A stretch of 64,000 nucleotides of DNA from Octopus bimaculoides (lineage: Eukaryota): assembly GCF_001194135.2 (NCBI RefSeq), contig NC_068983.1, positions 158,176,413 through 158,240,412 of the forward strand, in the 5' to 3' direction. A model generated the notes under the pieces. The model was not told the DNA's origin. It saw only the letters and a list, made by a program, of their open reading frames with translations, and searched no databases. Both the position numbers and the translations under genes were made by a program. Every line of letters starts with the position of its first letter. The first letter of the stretch is position 1. Positions 47,991-60,400 of this stretch are shown piece after piece.

Positions 47991-49994
47991 AATATTAAAA
48001 GTTCACGATAGATATATGCATACATGTAGAAACGTGTTGAACATTTCCCATCTGTTGTCTTCGAACATAGATTCAAAATAATATAATTTTTAATCTGGCT
48101 GAAGGATACTACAATCACACATATTCGTTGTGCTTCCCTGCATCATACCTGCGCGTATGTGTGTGTGTGTGTGTGTGTGTGTATCAGCATCGGAAAGAAT
48201 CAGTACATTTGAAGAGAAATGTTTTTCGTTGTTAATGTCAAACTATATTATCTTCCTCAACTTCGAATTTAGTACTTGATGAAATTGGTGAAATAAGTTC
48301 CAGACAAATATTAGAAAAAAAAAATGTGATCGCAAAAAAAGAAAAAAAATTAAATTCGAGCTCTCCGTGTAGCCGCAGTCCAATGACTAAAACCAGCAAA
48401 AGATAAGAAGGAGAATATTCACGCCTGCAAAATATGATAAGGATACTATTTGTAGTGGAAATTGTAACCTTGTCATTAACTAAGTAATAATAACTATGAT
48501 CATATTTTTCACGACCTGTGTGGTTAATATGGATGATCTAATAAAATTTATATTACATACAGTTCATAGTGTAAAAGAATTTGTGGATCTAGTCAACGGC
48601 CAGACAAACTGTTCAAATTTCAATTTTTATACAATGAAACCCAGTCACTATTTATCAAATCAACCGTGCAGTATAAGCGATACCTAACATTCCAAATAGG
48701 AAACATTGAAACTTAATCACGCTTTCGTGAAAAGATTATGACGTTTTTTATCCTCTTCTTCTTCTTCTATGTCTCTTTAACATCAACAGTAAATGCCTCT
48801 ACAACAAATTTAAAAAAAAACCATAACAAAACAAAAACAGAGAGACAAGAAACCTGCAATTAAAAATATACCTCTTCGTAGCATCGTTATCCTCAATGAT
48901 TACATTCTTTTTCTAATCTCTCACATTCAGTTGACATTGAAAAATTATTCACCCTCCACTTAGAGCAAAACTCACAGTATATAATTTTCTTTCTTTTCTT
49001 CATTAAATGAAGGAACCGTCTTCAGCAACAAAACTTCACTAATCTTATCACCCAAACCTATCAACTAATGACTTTGAGACTCTCATTTTCTTATTAAACG
49101 AATTACAGACCTTGTGTTTTTCAATATTTTTTATCCTTCATACTTGTTGGTAATTTCCTGTCTTTTATACTCACTTCTACCCTTTTTTAAAGATGTTCTT
49201 TCGAGAATGCGAGAATGCGAGTTTTATTATTGATTTAAAGAAAAACAGATGAAAATTAAGGAATTCCTTCAAAACCATCGTCATTTCATTAAATTAAGTA
49301 TTCTTGTAGTAGTTTTTTTCTAATTATAGAAAGGATACTTGAAAGTGGATTCTGGCTAGCTTCTCCTGATGTGCAGGAACCCTAAGATTTTTGGTGAAAA
49401 TGTATGTATGTATGTATGTATGCATGCGTGAGTGTGTGTGCGTGAGTGTGAGTGCGTGTTTGTGACAAAAACTAGCAACACATTGTATCATTTCTTACCA
49501 AAATTAAAACTATGTTGTGCATTCTGTTCGAGGAAATATTTAACGTTATCCTGCAGTACATTCCTATGTTCTTCTCCACATCAGGTTTTACAAATATTCA
49601 ACACATAAATATTGGATGTCTAGTTTTATTTATTTCTTTTTTTCACGTAAAGTCTAAATAGTGCTATATAAACTTTCAAATCTATTTGTGATTCACTTTC
49701 CTAATTTAATTTTTGTTTGACATTTTACAAAATGTTGATATGATATGCATTTATCTTTGCTTTCAGTAAAGTGTATATTTATTGCTGGTAATTAAAGTAA
49801 TATTTCTATGCACCGAGCTTCTAAATGGAGATGGACGCCAAAACCATCAGTGAGGGGCGGTCAACAAACTGTAAAATGGCCTGCCAAGAAGTTCCTTCCA
49901 CCTCTTATTTTTTCCGTACATTAATAACGTAGAAAGAATGTGTTTACATTTTTATTTCACCCACAGCAAAGCTTTGTAATATTTAGATATTCCT

Positions 49995-50443
49995 AAGGCG
50001 GCGAGTTGGCAGAAACGTTAGCACGCTGGGCGAAATGCTTAGCGGTATTTCGTCTGTTTTTACGTTCTGAGTTCAAATTCCGCCGAGGTCGACTTTGCCT
50101 TTCATCCTTTCGGGGTCGATAAATTAAGTACCAGTTGGGTACTGGGGTCAATCTAATCGACTGGCCCCCTCCCCAAAAATTTGGGGTCTTGTGCCTAGAG
50201 TAGAAAGGAATATTTAAATATTCCTAAGGTGGTGAGCTGGCTGAAACGTTTGCAAGCGGGACAAAATACTTAGCAGCATTTCGTTCGTTTTCACGTGCTG
50301 AGTTCAAATACTGCCTGGGTCGATTTTTGTCTTTCATCCCTTAGGATTAAATAAAATAAGTATCATTTGAACACTGAGGTCGATGTAATCGACTTATCTC
50401 CTCTCTCGTAATTGTTGGCCTCGTGCCAAAATTTGAAGTCAAT
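49995..50443 (+). mobile_element. Two tandem SINE-A copies sharing a triplicated target motif
   Basis: RtttaRatattcc at 49981-49993, 50212-50224 and 50444-50456. Confidence 0.88.
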
Positions 50444-51021
50444 GTTTAAATATTCCAATAGTATTTTTTTTTTTGTTTCCGTTACTGGTAATAAAACTGC
50501 GTAGTGTTAATGTTTTGCATTAAACGGCATTTAATAAGACGAGCTTAACAGAGATCCTCTACACTGTCTCTCGACCAGCCAAATTTCCTTCATATTACAT
50601 CTTCTAGTCTTGAAAACAAAAAAAATTTTCGAAACAATGCATCAATATTATCCCAAATGGAACGTATTTGGTCATAGATTTTTTTCTATTGTGATTGACC
50701 TGGGCCCATACAACAACCATTACTAATATTATCTGAAAACTTCTGCCTGAAGCAATGAAATTCCTTCCTAGTATTGTTATCCAAACACTTATATTAAGGT
50801 ATATTAGCGACATAGGCAGTAATAATGCCGAGGGGTAATATCTACCTCCACTTAAACGTGGATGTTCTGTTAGAAGGAACTTTACTGCGGTAGATGCCAT
50901 GAGATAAATTCTCAAAAGCTAATATGAGAGTTTCTCTCATAGTATCTACCACAGTATAGCTTGTTCTAATAACATTCGCGTTTAAGTGGGGATAAATATT
51001 ATATTAAAGTGTTTAATAATC

Positions 51022-51212
51022 CTTTCTACTATAGGCACAAGGCCTGAAATTTTGGGGAGGGGGTAGTCGATTACATCGACCACAGTACTCAACTGGTACT
51101 TAATTTATCGACCCCGAAAGGATGAAAGCAAAGACAACCTCGGCGTAATTTGAACTCAAAAAAGCGACGGCCGAAATACGGCTAAGGATTCCGCCATCTC
51201 TCCACCTTAACC
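51022..51212 (-). mobile_element. SINE-A with a 12-bp TSD
   Basis: tgtttaataatc at 51010-51021 and 51213-51224. Confidence 0.88.
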
Positions 51213-51494
51213 TGTTTAATAATCTATTAAGATTCACGATTAATAAATTACTTAAGAATTAACGTTTATTTCATGATCTGGCAAATGTTTTTAACTTTCT
51301 AGATAATTTGCCGACTAAAGACTATAATGTACAGAATATATTTTTAAAATGTTTTAATTTTGGCAAAGCAGTTAGTTGGAATTGCTTTTATGATACTGGT
51401 TTCGTAAACATGAATCAGCATTTATTTGCAAATAACAAGCATTCTCAGGTTCATTTCGATACATAAAAAAGAAACATTTTAAAATCACAAATAG

Positions 51495-51650
51495 GCGTAG
51501 GTGTGTGGTAAGAAGCTCACTTTCTAACCACATGTTTCCGGGTTCAGTCCCACTGCAGGGCACCTTGGGAAAATGTCTTCTACTATAGCTTCGAGCCGAC
51601 CAAAGCCTTGTGAGGGGATTTGTTAGACGGAAACTGGAAGAAGCCCGTCG

Positions 51651-51681
<31 letters not shown>

Positions 51682-51905
51682 AAGTGTGTTTGTCCCCAAC
51701 CACCGCTTAATCACCGGTGTTGGTGCGTTTACGTCCTCGTAACTGAGAGGTTCGGCAAAAAAGACAGCTAGAATAAATACCAAGCTTATCAAAAATATTA
51801 AGTACTGGAGTCAATTTATTCGAACAAAAAAAAAATCATCAAGGCGGTGTCCCAGCATAGCCGCAGTCCAATGACTGAAACCAGTAAAAGGTAAAAGATA
51901 AGATA
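51495..51905 (+). mobile_element. SINE-C full-length copy
   Basis: tRNA-like head (ggtgtgtggtaagaagctc...ggttcagtccc), internal (TA)/(TG) tract, core and (gtaaaag) tail. Confidence 0.88.
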
Positions 51906-53414
51906 TAGAAATAGCTAGAGTTGGTAGTTTCATTATATACAGAGACTATATTGAGGACCATCAACTGATATGCTCTGCATAAGACCACTTCGACCACCAT
52001 CAGAATCTACAACTGTGCTTTTCAAAATCGGGTGGGAGGGTGTTACTGCTCCCCCTATGAGCGATAGAAAATATATGGGTATTGGAGACACAGAGGGCTG
52101 TATGGGGGTCAACAGTGGTATTAATACATTTTCTTTTATCAATTTACTTTTAAAATAATTTTTTATGTAATACTATGATAGACTGCTTAACTGAATATAT
52201 ACCAGCTGTGCAAATAAATTATAAATAATAAACAAAAGTATAATATAAAAGACATTCTCAACATTTGTGGGTATTTTATACATCCAATAAAAACGGTCAC
52301 TGCACTTGTAGCTTTCAGTAATGTTCTGAGTGTGTGTATGTTTGTGTTTATTTTACTAAATCGTAGAAAGGGGTTGTTGAAAAATTGTTAGTTTAAGAAT
52401 GGAGACGTGACAAGCCCTGATCTACAGGTTATTGAAGATGCCTCTATGCGGTCACTTGGTCAGAAAGAAATGACAGGAGACACGAAATAATGTAACCTTA
52501 GATTTGGAAAAAAAAATCAAGACTAGACGAGATGGTAACGAGTGAAATTCCTTGAATCATATATCTGATTTTGATCAAGGTTGACTCAGGGCTAAAGAAC
52601 TACATAAAGAAAGGTGATTTAGATTGTAACCTTAGAGAATATTACAACAAATAAGAATGTTTGTTTAGTTTACCATAGTCTCTTCAGTCTCATCGTTGTG
52701 GTATTACAAATAGTAAATGAGAAACTTATGATATATAAAACTTTCTTCATTTTATGCCTCTGCAAAATGTATTATATTTTTCTTTTATCTGATATTTCAT
52801 TACCATAACTTTCAGAATAAGGATAATTAATAGCCAAACACATTTAAGATATCATATAGAGTAGGAATGGAAGATGCTAAGCAAATTACATTTCTTGCAT
52901 TCTATCATACCAATACTGTGTGATTCATATGATACACAGCAAAGGAATACAGGGTTGCTGAGAGGAAGTTTAAGCATAATATTAATCTTAGGGTAACAAC
53001 CTCTCCTTTAAATTCTGCAGCTTAATGCTTGTATAAATATTACATAGCATAAACAAATAAATATTCTCCTTCATCACTATATTTCGGACTTCGTTTTGTG
53101 CATAATCTGACACTCTACGAAAAAAGTTTTATTTCTACACTAATTGAATTAAGATTTTAATTACTCTCCTTTCCTGTCCGACTAACTTCTTCCAAACAAC
53201 ATAATATCTATTTCCCACCATTAAACTGCAGGGGTCTGCGGAAGTATTAAGTGCATCAAACCTCAGCAGTTGTTCTTTGGTTAGCTTCAAAACAAGGGGA
53301 GAAAGATATATATGTAATGTCGTAACCTAGATACGAACGTGCTTTAGACGAACTATTTTAAAGCAAGATTTTATTACAAAACCAATTTCTTTTAAATATA
53401 TCATAAACGTATAA

Positions 53415-53610
53415 AGGCGGCGAGCTGGCAGAATCGTTACCGCGCCGGACAAAATGCAAAGCGACATTTCGTCCATCTTTACGTTCTAAGTTCCAAGGCT
53501 TTCATCCTTTCGAGGTCGATAAATTATGTACCAGTTGAACATTGGGGACAGTGTAATCGACAAGCCCCCTCTCACCATCAAAATTTCTGTGTTGTACCAA
53601 ATTTTGAAAT
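53415..53610 (+). mobile_element. SINE-A copy (small internal deletion)
   Basis: ggcggcgagctggcagaatcgtta...ctttcatcctttcgaggtcgataaatta.gtaccagtt. Confidence 0.85.
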
Positions 53611-53611
53611 A

Positions 53612-54212
53612 TAGTAATTCCTCACTAATCGCGGTTTATTATTTAAGCTTACGCCGATTCCTCCGTGGTGTTGTTTTGCATTTATAATAAAATAAATATG
53701 AACGTAAATAAATTAATTAAAAAGTTTCTATCTGATCTGATATAAACGAAATTGTTACAAACACACATATGGACGCACATACTTACATATAAGCACGAAC
53801 ACATAAGTGCGTGCACACATATGAGCTTGCACACACTCACATGCTCATACCAAACAGTTTCGAAACAACGCCAAAACAACGCCAGATCATATATTCAAAA
53901 TAAATGGAAGTGGAGAGACAAGTTACTGAAGAGATTGCAAGAGTGCAATGAAATGATTTAACAAAAAACTATATAAATTAATAAAGGACTGAACCAGTGC
54001 GTGTGTTTATTACCGGCATAATGCCTCTCCCAAGGTTTAATTGTATTTCTTTCAACACACGTATCCACATCAAGAATCTTGCACACGAAATATATACAAA
54101 TTATAAAAATAAAAATAAAAAAAATACAATACAGTACTGTTTCTACTTCGCGGATTTTCACCTATCGCGGGGTTTTTGGAACGTAACACCCGTAATAGTC
54201 GAGGGATTACTG
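53612..54212. mobile_element. pogo/Tigger-like MITE (~600 bp)
   Basis: TA|tagtaattcctc... and ...gagggattactg|TA form TIRs with TA flanks; subterminal atcgcgg motifs occur at both ends. Confidence 0.7.
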
Positions 54213-54227
54213 TATATCACAGACATG

Positions 54228-54535
54228 TGAAGGTGCGTGACGTAGTGGTTAGAGGTATTTCACTCCCGATTGTAAGATCGTGGTTTCGATTCCCAGACAG
54301 GCAACGCGTTGTGTTCTTGAACAAAAAACTTCGTTCCACGTTGTTTCAGTTCACTCAGTTATAAATGAATAATTCTGCGACGGACTAGTGTTCCGTTCTG
54401 GGGAAATGTTGGCCTGTTCGCCTAGCCAGTGGGGTGGTATCGTTCGAAACCTGCAACAAAGTGACAGAAGTGCATTCTGACTAACGGTGTACCACAACAT
54501 CCGATAGCCTGGTCGATACAGCGATATCATAGACT
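54228..54535 (+). mobile_element. SINE-B copy
   Basis: gcgtgacgtagtggttagag...gtttcgattcccagac...gttgtgttcttgaacaa...cagttcactcag. Confidence 0.8.
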
Positions 54536-54539
54536 TAAG

Positions 54540-54706
54540 CGCAAGCGTGGCTGTGTGGAAAGAAGCTTGCTTCCCAACCACATGATTCTGGGTTCAGTCC
54601 CACTGTCTGGCACCTTGGACAAGTGTCTTCTATTACAGCCTCGGGCCGACCAAAGCCTTGTGAGTAGATTTAGTAGACGGAAACTGAATAGAGCTCGTTG
54701 TATATA

Positions 54707-54748
<42 letters not shown>

Positions 54749-55135
54749 TTCGTGTCTATGTCTCTGTCTCTCTTTCCCACCTCCCTAATATTACCAAGTC
54801 CGCTTTGGTTTAAGTAGTTTTCAGTGGTAAAACTTAATGAAATGTTTGACTTTGAAGCATCGTAAACATTTTTACATTTTAATACAACTTACTCGTTTCT
54901 TTGTCCCCTCCCCTCCCACCGCTTGACAAGTGTTGTTGGCATGTTTACGTCTCCGTAACGTTGTGGTTCGGCAAAAAGATTCCGATAGAATAAGTACCAG
55001 GCTTAACAAAAAAAAAAAATAAATAAAATAAAACTATGTGCTGGGGTCGATTCATTCGACTAAAAATTCTCGAATGCGGTGCCTTAGCATGGTCGTAGAT
55101 TAATGGATGAAACAAGTAAAAGATAAAAGATAACT
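54540..55135 (+). mobile_element. SINE-C full-length copy with an extra ~125-bp segment in its internal microsatellite region
   Basis: Head at 54545 and core at 54905-55100. Segment 54775-54900 resembles 55200-55325. Confidence 0.82.
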
Positions 55136-55640
55136 AAATAAAATTTTTTTAATTAGTAGCAATTGAAAAAAGGACGGTAGAGAACTGCATCTTTCTCTCT
55201 CTCTTTCTCTCATATTACCCCTCCGTTTTGGTTTAAGTCATTTTCAGTGCTAGAGCTTAATGATTTTTTTAAATTTTGAAGCCTTGTAGATATTTTACAT
55301 TTTAATACAACTTACTTCTTAGTTTCGTTATATATTCACCAAGTCAATACACAGGCAAACATAAACACTAAATAGGTCTCACAGTAAATTTCGATACGTT
55401 GCAGATGCTATACTGTCTTGTGTGTACAAATGAGAATTTCGTTTGCAGTGTGTTATACCTTTCTATCTAACTCAACGTATAAAAGAATGCTCAACGGGTC
55501 CTACTGAATGTGATTGTGTGTAACCTGATAGGGCCAGTTTGGCCTCATGAAAATAAGAATTGATTGTTTCAAATTTCTACAGAAAATAATGTGTTGATTC
55601 GAGATATAATATACATATATACACACATACGCACATGCAT

Positions 55641-55738
55641 ACATACGTACGTACGTACATACATGTCACTTCAGCAATGTAACTACATACGTACGTACGT
55701 ACATACATGTCACTTCAGCAATGTAACTACATACGTAC
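55641..55738. repeat. 44-bp tandem duplication (x2.2)
   Basis: acatacgtacgtacgtacatacatgtcacttcagcaatgtaact twice, exact. Confidence 0.95.
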
Positions 55739-55916
55739 TGTTAGAGATTTCTATTCTTTCTTGGGACTTTTCCCTTTCTCCTTTCCGACGAAGAGCTATG
55801 CTCGAAGCGTCAAAGTCTCTCTTTTCACCGAGCGTCAAGCTAATACATTTCTTGTGCACGTCCTCTTATTGTCCGTTAATTTTATTCGTTTATTTGAATT
55901 GACTATATATATATAT

Positions 55917-56932
55917 GAGAATTAAAATATAAACTCAAATTAGGTAATCGACCATTTCTACATACTCATACAGTTATAAATTCAACTGAAAATACGTATA
56001 TATATATATATATATATANNNNNNNNNNNNNNNNNNNNNNNNNNNNNNNNNNNNNNNNNNNNNNNNNNNNNNNNNNNNNNNNNNNNNNNNNNNNNNNNNN
56101 NNNNNNNNNNNNNNNNNNNNNNNNNNNNNNNNNNNNNNNNNNNNNNNNNNNNNNNNNNNNNNNNNNNNNNNNNNNNNNNNNNNNNNNNNNNNNNNNNNNN
56201 NNNNNNNNNNNNNNNNNNNNNNNNNNNNNNNNNNNNNNNNNNNNNNNNNNNNNNNNNNNNNNNNNNNNNNNNNNNNNNNNNNNNNNNNNNNNNNNNNNNN
56301 NNNNNNNNNNNNNNNNNNNNNNNNNNNNNNNNNNNNNNNNNNNNNNNNNNNNNNNNNNNNNNNNNNNNNNNNNNNNNNNNNNNNNNNNNNNNNNNNNNNN
56401 NNNNNNNNNNNNNCTCTTACTTCCTGTTTCTGTTGTGCCTGTAATTCAAAGGGTCAGCCTTGTCACGTTGAATATTCCCGAGAACTACGTTAAGGGTACA
56501 CGTGTCTGTGGAGTGCTCAGCCACTTGCACGTTAATTTCACGAGCAGGCTGTTCCGTTGATCGGATCAACTGGAACCCTCGACGTCGTAAGCGACGGAGT
56601 GCCAACAAAAACAACAATTTTTTAAAAAAGCATTGAATGTTATTGTTCTTTTAATTGGAACTCTTAACTGCTTTTAATTTTAGTACGAAAAAAGTTTTTT
56701 TTACCAGTTCTCTTTTTCTCACACTTTTTCCCATATATATCCCACATGGATTCTATTTACATGTATTTTTATGTATGTGTATATATATATATATTTATAT
56801 TTTTTAAATATTCATACGTGTCGATATGTATAAACATATATATATATATATATTTTAAGTCGAATTTATAACTGTATGAGTATGTAAAAAAAAGTTGATT
56901 GCCTAATTTCAGTTTATATTTTAACCCTTATC
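55917..56932. repeat. ~90-bp inverted repeat pair enclosing a gap and a SINE
   Basis: 55917-56010 matches the reverse complement of 56845-56932 (ttaaaatataaact.aaattagg.aatc.ac...tacatactcatacagttataaattc.act.aaaat). Confidence 0.85.
56414..56615 (+). mobile_element. SINE-B 3' half with (CAA) tail
   Basis: Near-identical to the reverse complement of 23810-24010. Confidence 0.9.
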
Positions 56933-58974
56933 TTTTGTCTCGGGTTCGACCCAAGCAGCTCTATATATTTCGTAAGAAAGAATAATATTATGTGTGTGTG
57001 TGTGTGTGTATGTGCGTGCGTACATGCATACATTTTGTTATCTACATTGCAACGATGCAGCTTTGTATCTTTATTAGAAACCAGTTCCGTCCTCAGAATA
57101 AAAATTTAACTAATTAAAAACAGAAGAGAACATATATGTATATCACTGTATCGACCAAACTGTCGAATGTTCCAAGGAGCCACTGAACGTTCCTACAGTT
57201 TGAAATAGATGGAAAAGTATGGCACACTGCATGAAAGGAAGGTGTGAATTTTGAGAAAATAGTAATCCAGGAATAATAGATTCCTTCAGTGTGAAGGATT
57301 AAAAATAACGAGTAATATGATTGCTGGAGAATAGTTAACCAGTCTCAGCTGGATATTACTTAACTTTGTGAAACAATGATATTTGCTCATCTTTTTAAAC
57401 CTCTGATAGTCGTATTCAAGGTGGGGAAATAATTTCAAAATACTTAAATGCACTAAAATGACAATTTTTTAAAAGTTTTTTTTTTTTCACTTAAACATCT
57501 CATTTGAATGAATCTAGAAAAAAAAATCACCGATAAAAAAGACTATGGCAGAGTTTCTTGGTGGTGTCGGCTGAAATATTCATCTTAGTCACCAGCATTA
57601 GAAAATACTGAATATGCATGTCATTTTACGATACTATCTAAAATGCTTCCAATCTGTACATGTCATGTATTGTCAATAAATGACTGACAAAATGTTTTTG
57701 TTTCATTGTCTTACTTTACTTAAGAAACCGAATCAAAGTTTTTTGTCAATTATGTGTAATACTATTATATTTAGTGTACAAGTCTATACTGTAAGTAAAT
57801 AACAGGTTTAGAATATGCCTTGCTTTGTTACTTCAATTGTTTATAACATTTAAATAACACGTTACTATTTTCTTGTGACTTCTTTTCCGAGCAGCATTCC
57901 AACAACCCTTCAACATGACAGCATCAAAATATTAAAGAAAAATTTACGAAACTTGAACGATACTCATTAGATATCTCGCATTTGTCCATTATGGTATCAA
58001 ACAATATGTCAATCATTAAAATAATCTCATACTCAGTACTTTTAAGCACTAACAAATGTTTAAGACACTTGAACAGAACTATACAAATCGCTCGTGATTT
58101 ATGCATAATTCTGCTGTGATGGAATTAAACAGTCTATAAAAATTATGAAAATGAATTGCAGGTATTCTTCTAAAATATATTCTGGCCATACCAGACTGTT
58201 CAACTTTTGACAAAAGTATGCCCAGCAGATAAAACACGACCTTTAAACGTCTCACATAAACTATGCTTTCTTCTTAAAGATTTATTAACAACTTATGGCG
58301 ACAATTATCAACTCGCATCTATTCATATAACTGAAATCCCACCCCTTCCTAGGGAAAACAAATAGGGATATATCAAAAGAAGTTCAGCCGTTGACCTTTT
58401 CTCTATCAAATGCAGATGACTCTTGAAAATTTTGGAGAAAGGTCAACATCTGATCTTGCTTTTTTTTATAGACTTTCGCGCAGTAGTTACACTTTGTCTT
58501 AAGAAGTCAACCATAACTGAGCACTTAGAACTGCCATCTTCTTTCCGGTCATGCTTTCTTAGCATGCTCCAAATGAAGAAATATTAAATACTCATCCCCA
58601 TTCCGTTTATACAAACGCTGACCAGCCTGTTCACAAATATTATTTATTCATGGTTTAAAATAGCTCAACAGAACCTCTAACATTAATTTCCATATTATTA
58701 CATTTAACCTCTAACATTTGTTTCCATATTATTACATTACTGTAACGATTGGTTAATTAATAACTAAGTCAATATCTTATGTATGCTACATTAATTTCTT
58801 TATAATAAACTCAGAAAACAATCAATGGCTATAATGGATACTTGGAGCTATAAAAGCTACAATGAAGTCACTTTAACACTTATATATATCAAAATATATA
58901 TATAAAAGAACATTAATGCTCATGAAAACTATTAATGTTATCTATATATCTTCAGCATCATCAACATTGTACGT

Positions 58975-59145
58975 AGCTTTTATCTTTAATTTTACTTATT
59001 TCGGCCATTAAACTGCGGTCAGGCTGGGGCACCGCCTTGAAGAAATTTTAGTCAAATGTCTCGACCCCGGTACATTTTTTTAAAGCCTGGTACTCGGTCT
59101 CTTTTGCCAAACCGCTAAGCTACGAGGACGTAAATAAACGTTTTT
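58975..59145 (-). mobile_element. SINE-C 3' part
   Basis: gctggggcaccgccttgaag...cgaccccgg...aagcctggtact.ggtctcttttgcc.aaccgctaag. Confidence 0.75.
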
Positions 59146-59364
59146 CTTCCACCTGTCTGAATAGTTACTCTAATTTCTTATGGAGATAAGCAATTTTTGT
59201 CAGTCAGAAACTGAAACGTTATGTCGTTCATGTCTTTTCTAAACGTCTTTATCGATAAAGGTAAGGTAAAAGGAATGGCTTCAGCAAGTTACTTAAGTCT
59301 GTTCTCGGACACGATCTGTTTGGGAAATTACCATTGTTCAACGTAGCTCATCCCAGAAAACAGC

Positions 59365-59590
59365 AAATATTGGTTTCAAATTTTGGCACAAGATCAGCAA
59401 TTTTGGGGAAGGGCTAAGTCGATTACATCAACCCCAGTGTTCAACTGGTTCTTATTTTATCGACCCCAAAAGGTTAGAAGGCAAAGTCGACCTTGGTGGC
59501 ATTTGAACTCAGAACGTAAAGACGGACGAAATGCCGCTAAGCGTTTTTGGCCGGCGTGCTAACGACTATGCCAGCTCACTGCCTTGAACA
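59365..59590 (-). mobile_element. SINE-A copy
   Basis: Family consensus match. Confidence 0.88.
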
Positions 59591-59899
59591 CAACCCAATG
59601 TTAACAAAAAAAAATGGGTAGGATGCTTTACTGTTGCCAGTACGGTGCTTCACAGTTCTGAGGTGAAAATATACAGGTGTCGATACCGAGTCGAAACTCT
59701 GCCGGAGTCAATTTTGACTTTCTATTTTTTAAACCCGTTAAATTAATTATAAATGATGGTCCCTGTGCTGCAAGCTCTATCCAATTTCGTCTGGTCGTGC
59801 TCGATTATCGAACCAAATGAGTTTTGTGTTAATTAGGGGGGGGGGGGGATGAAAAAAAAAACCACGACTGGGGTTGAATTCTAAGTTCGTGGCGAAAAG

Positions 59900-60400
59900 G
59901 AGAGATGGGATTTGAGCCAGCAATCTAACCTCCAAAAAATGACAAAAGAAATTGCTCCAGAAATTCAGCTTAACTGGCATAAACATAACAGCTCATCCCG
60001 AAAGGAGATAATAGAACTGATAAAAGCCGAAAGGAAGTTCAGCTCCAGTTGTAATTGTTTAAATAACAAGTTCACCCGAGCTCTCAACAAAGTTATTTTT
60101 AATGAGTGAATTCGGAATGTATACCAGAGACTACACCCGTTTAACAAATTGATATAAGCATCCAGCATGTATGAGAGATAGTAACTAGACATTTAAAGCG
60201 TAAGCGAAACGAAATAGATGGATGACGATAAAAATGTATAACGACTGAAATACCAAGCTGTACAGGAGGACATGGAAAACAATACACGAGAGATGGCGAT
60301 AAAGTTTTTAACAAAGAAACTAAGGCTCAGTAGACAATAGAGTTTAGAGGAACTAAAGCCGAAAGCTGAAGGACAAAGTGAACGACATTAATGCCAATAC
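59900..60400 (+). mobile_element. Possible very old LINE RT N-terminal remnant
   Basis: IELIKAE...NCLNNKFTRALNK...DDDKNV*RL weakly resembles 'ELIK.GG...L..LF..IL....GD..D.KNYRPI'; many stops. Confidence 0.3.

Noticed and set aside
50604-50915. 103-aa minus-strand ORF
   Set aside because: No motifs or splice support; the adjacent frame has stops and only vague transposase-like wording.
58672-58738. 34-bp tandem duplication, and a nearby 13-bp inverted repeat around 58390-58450
   Set aside because: Ordinary local slippage and a chance-level stem.
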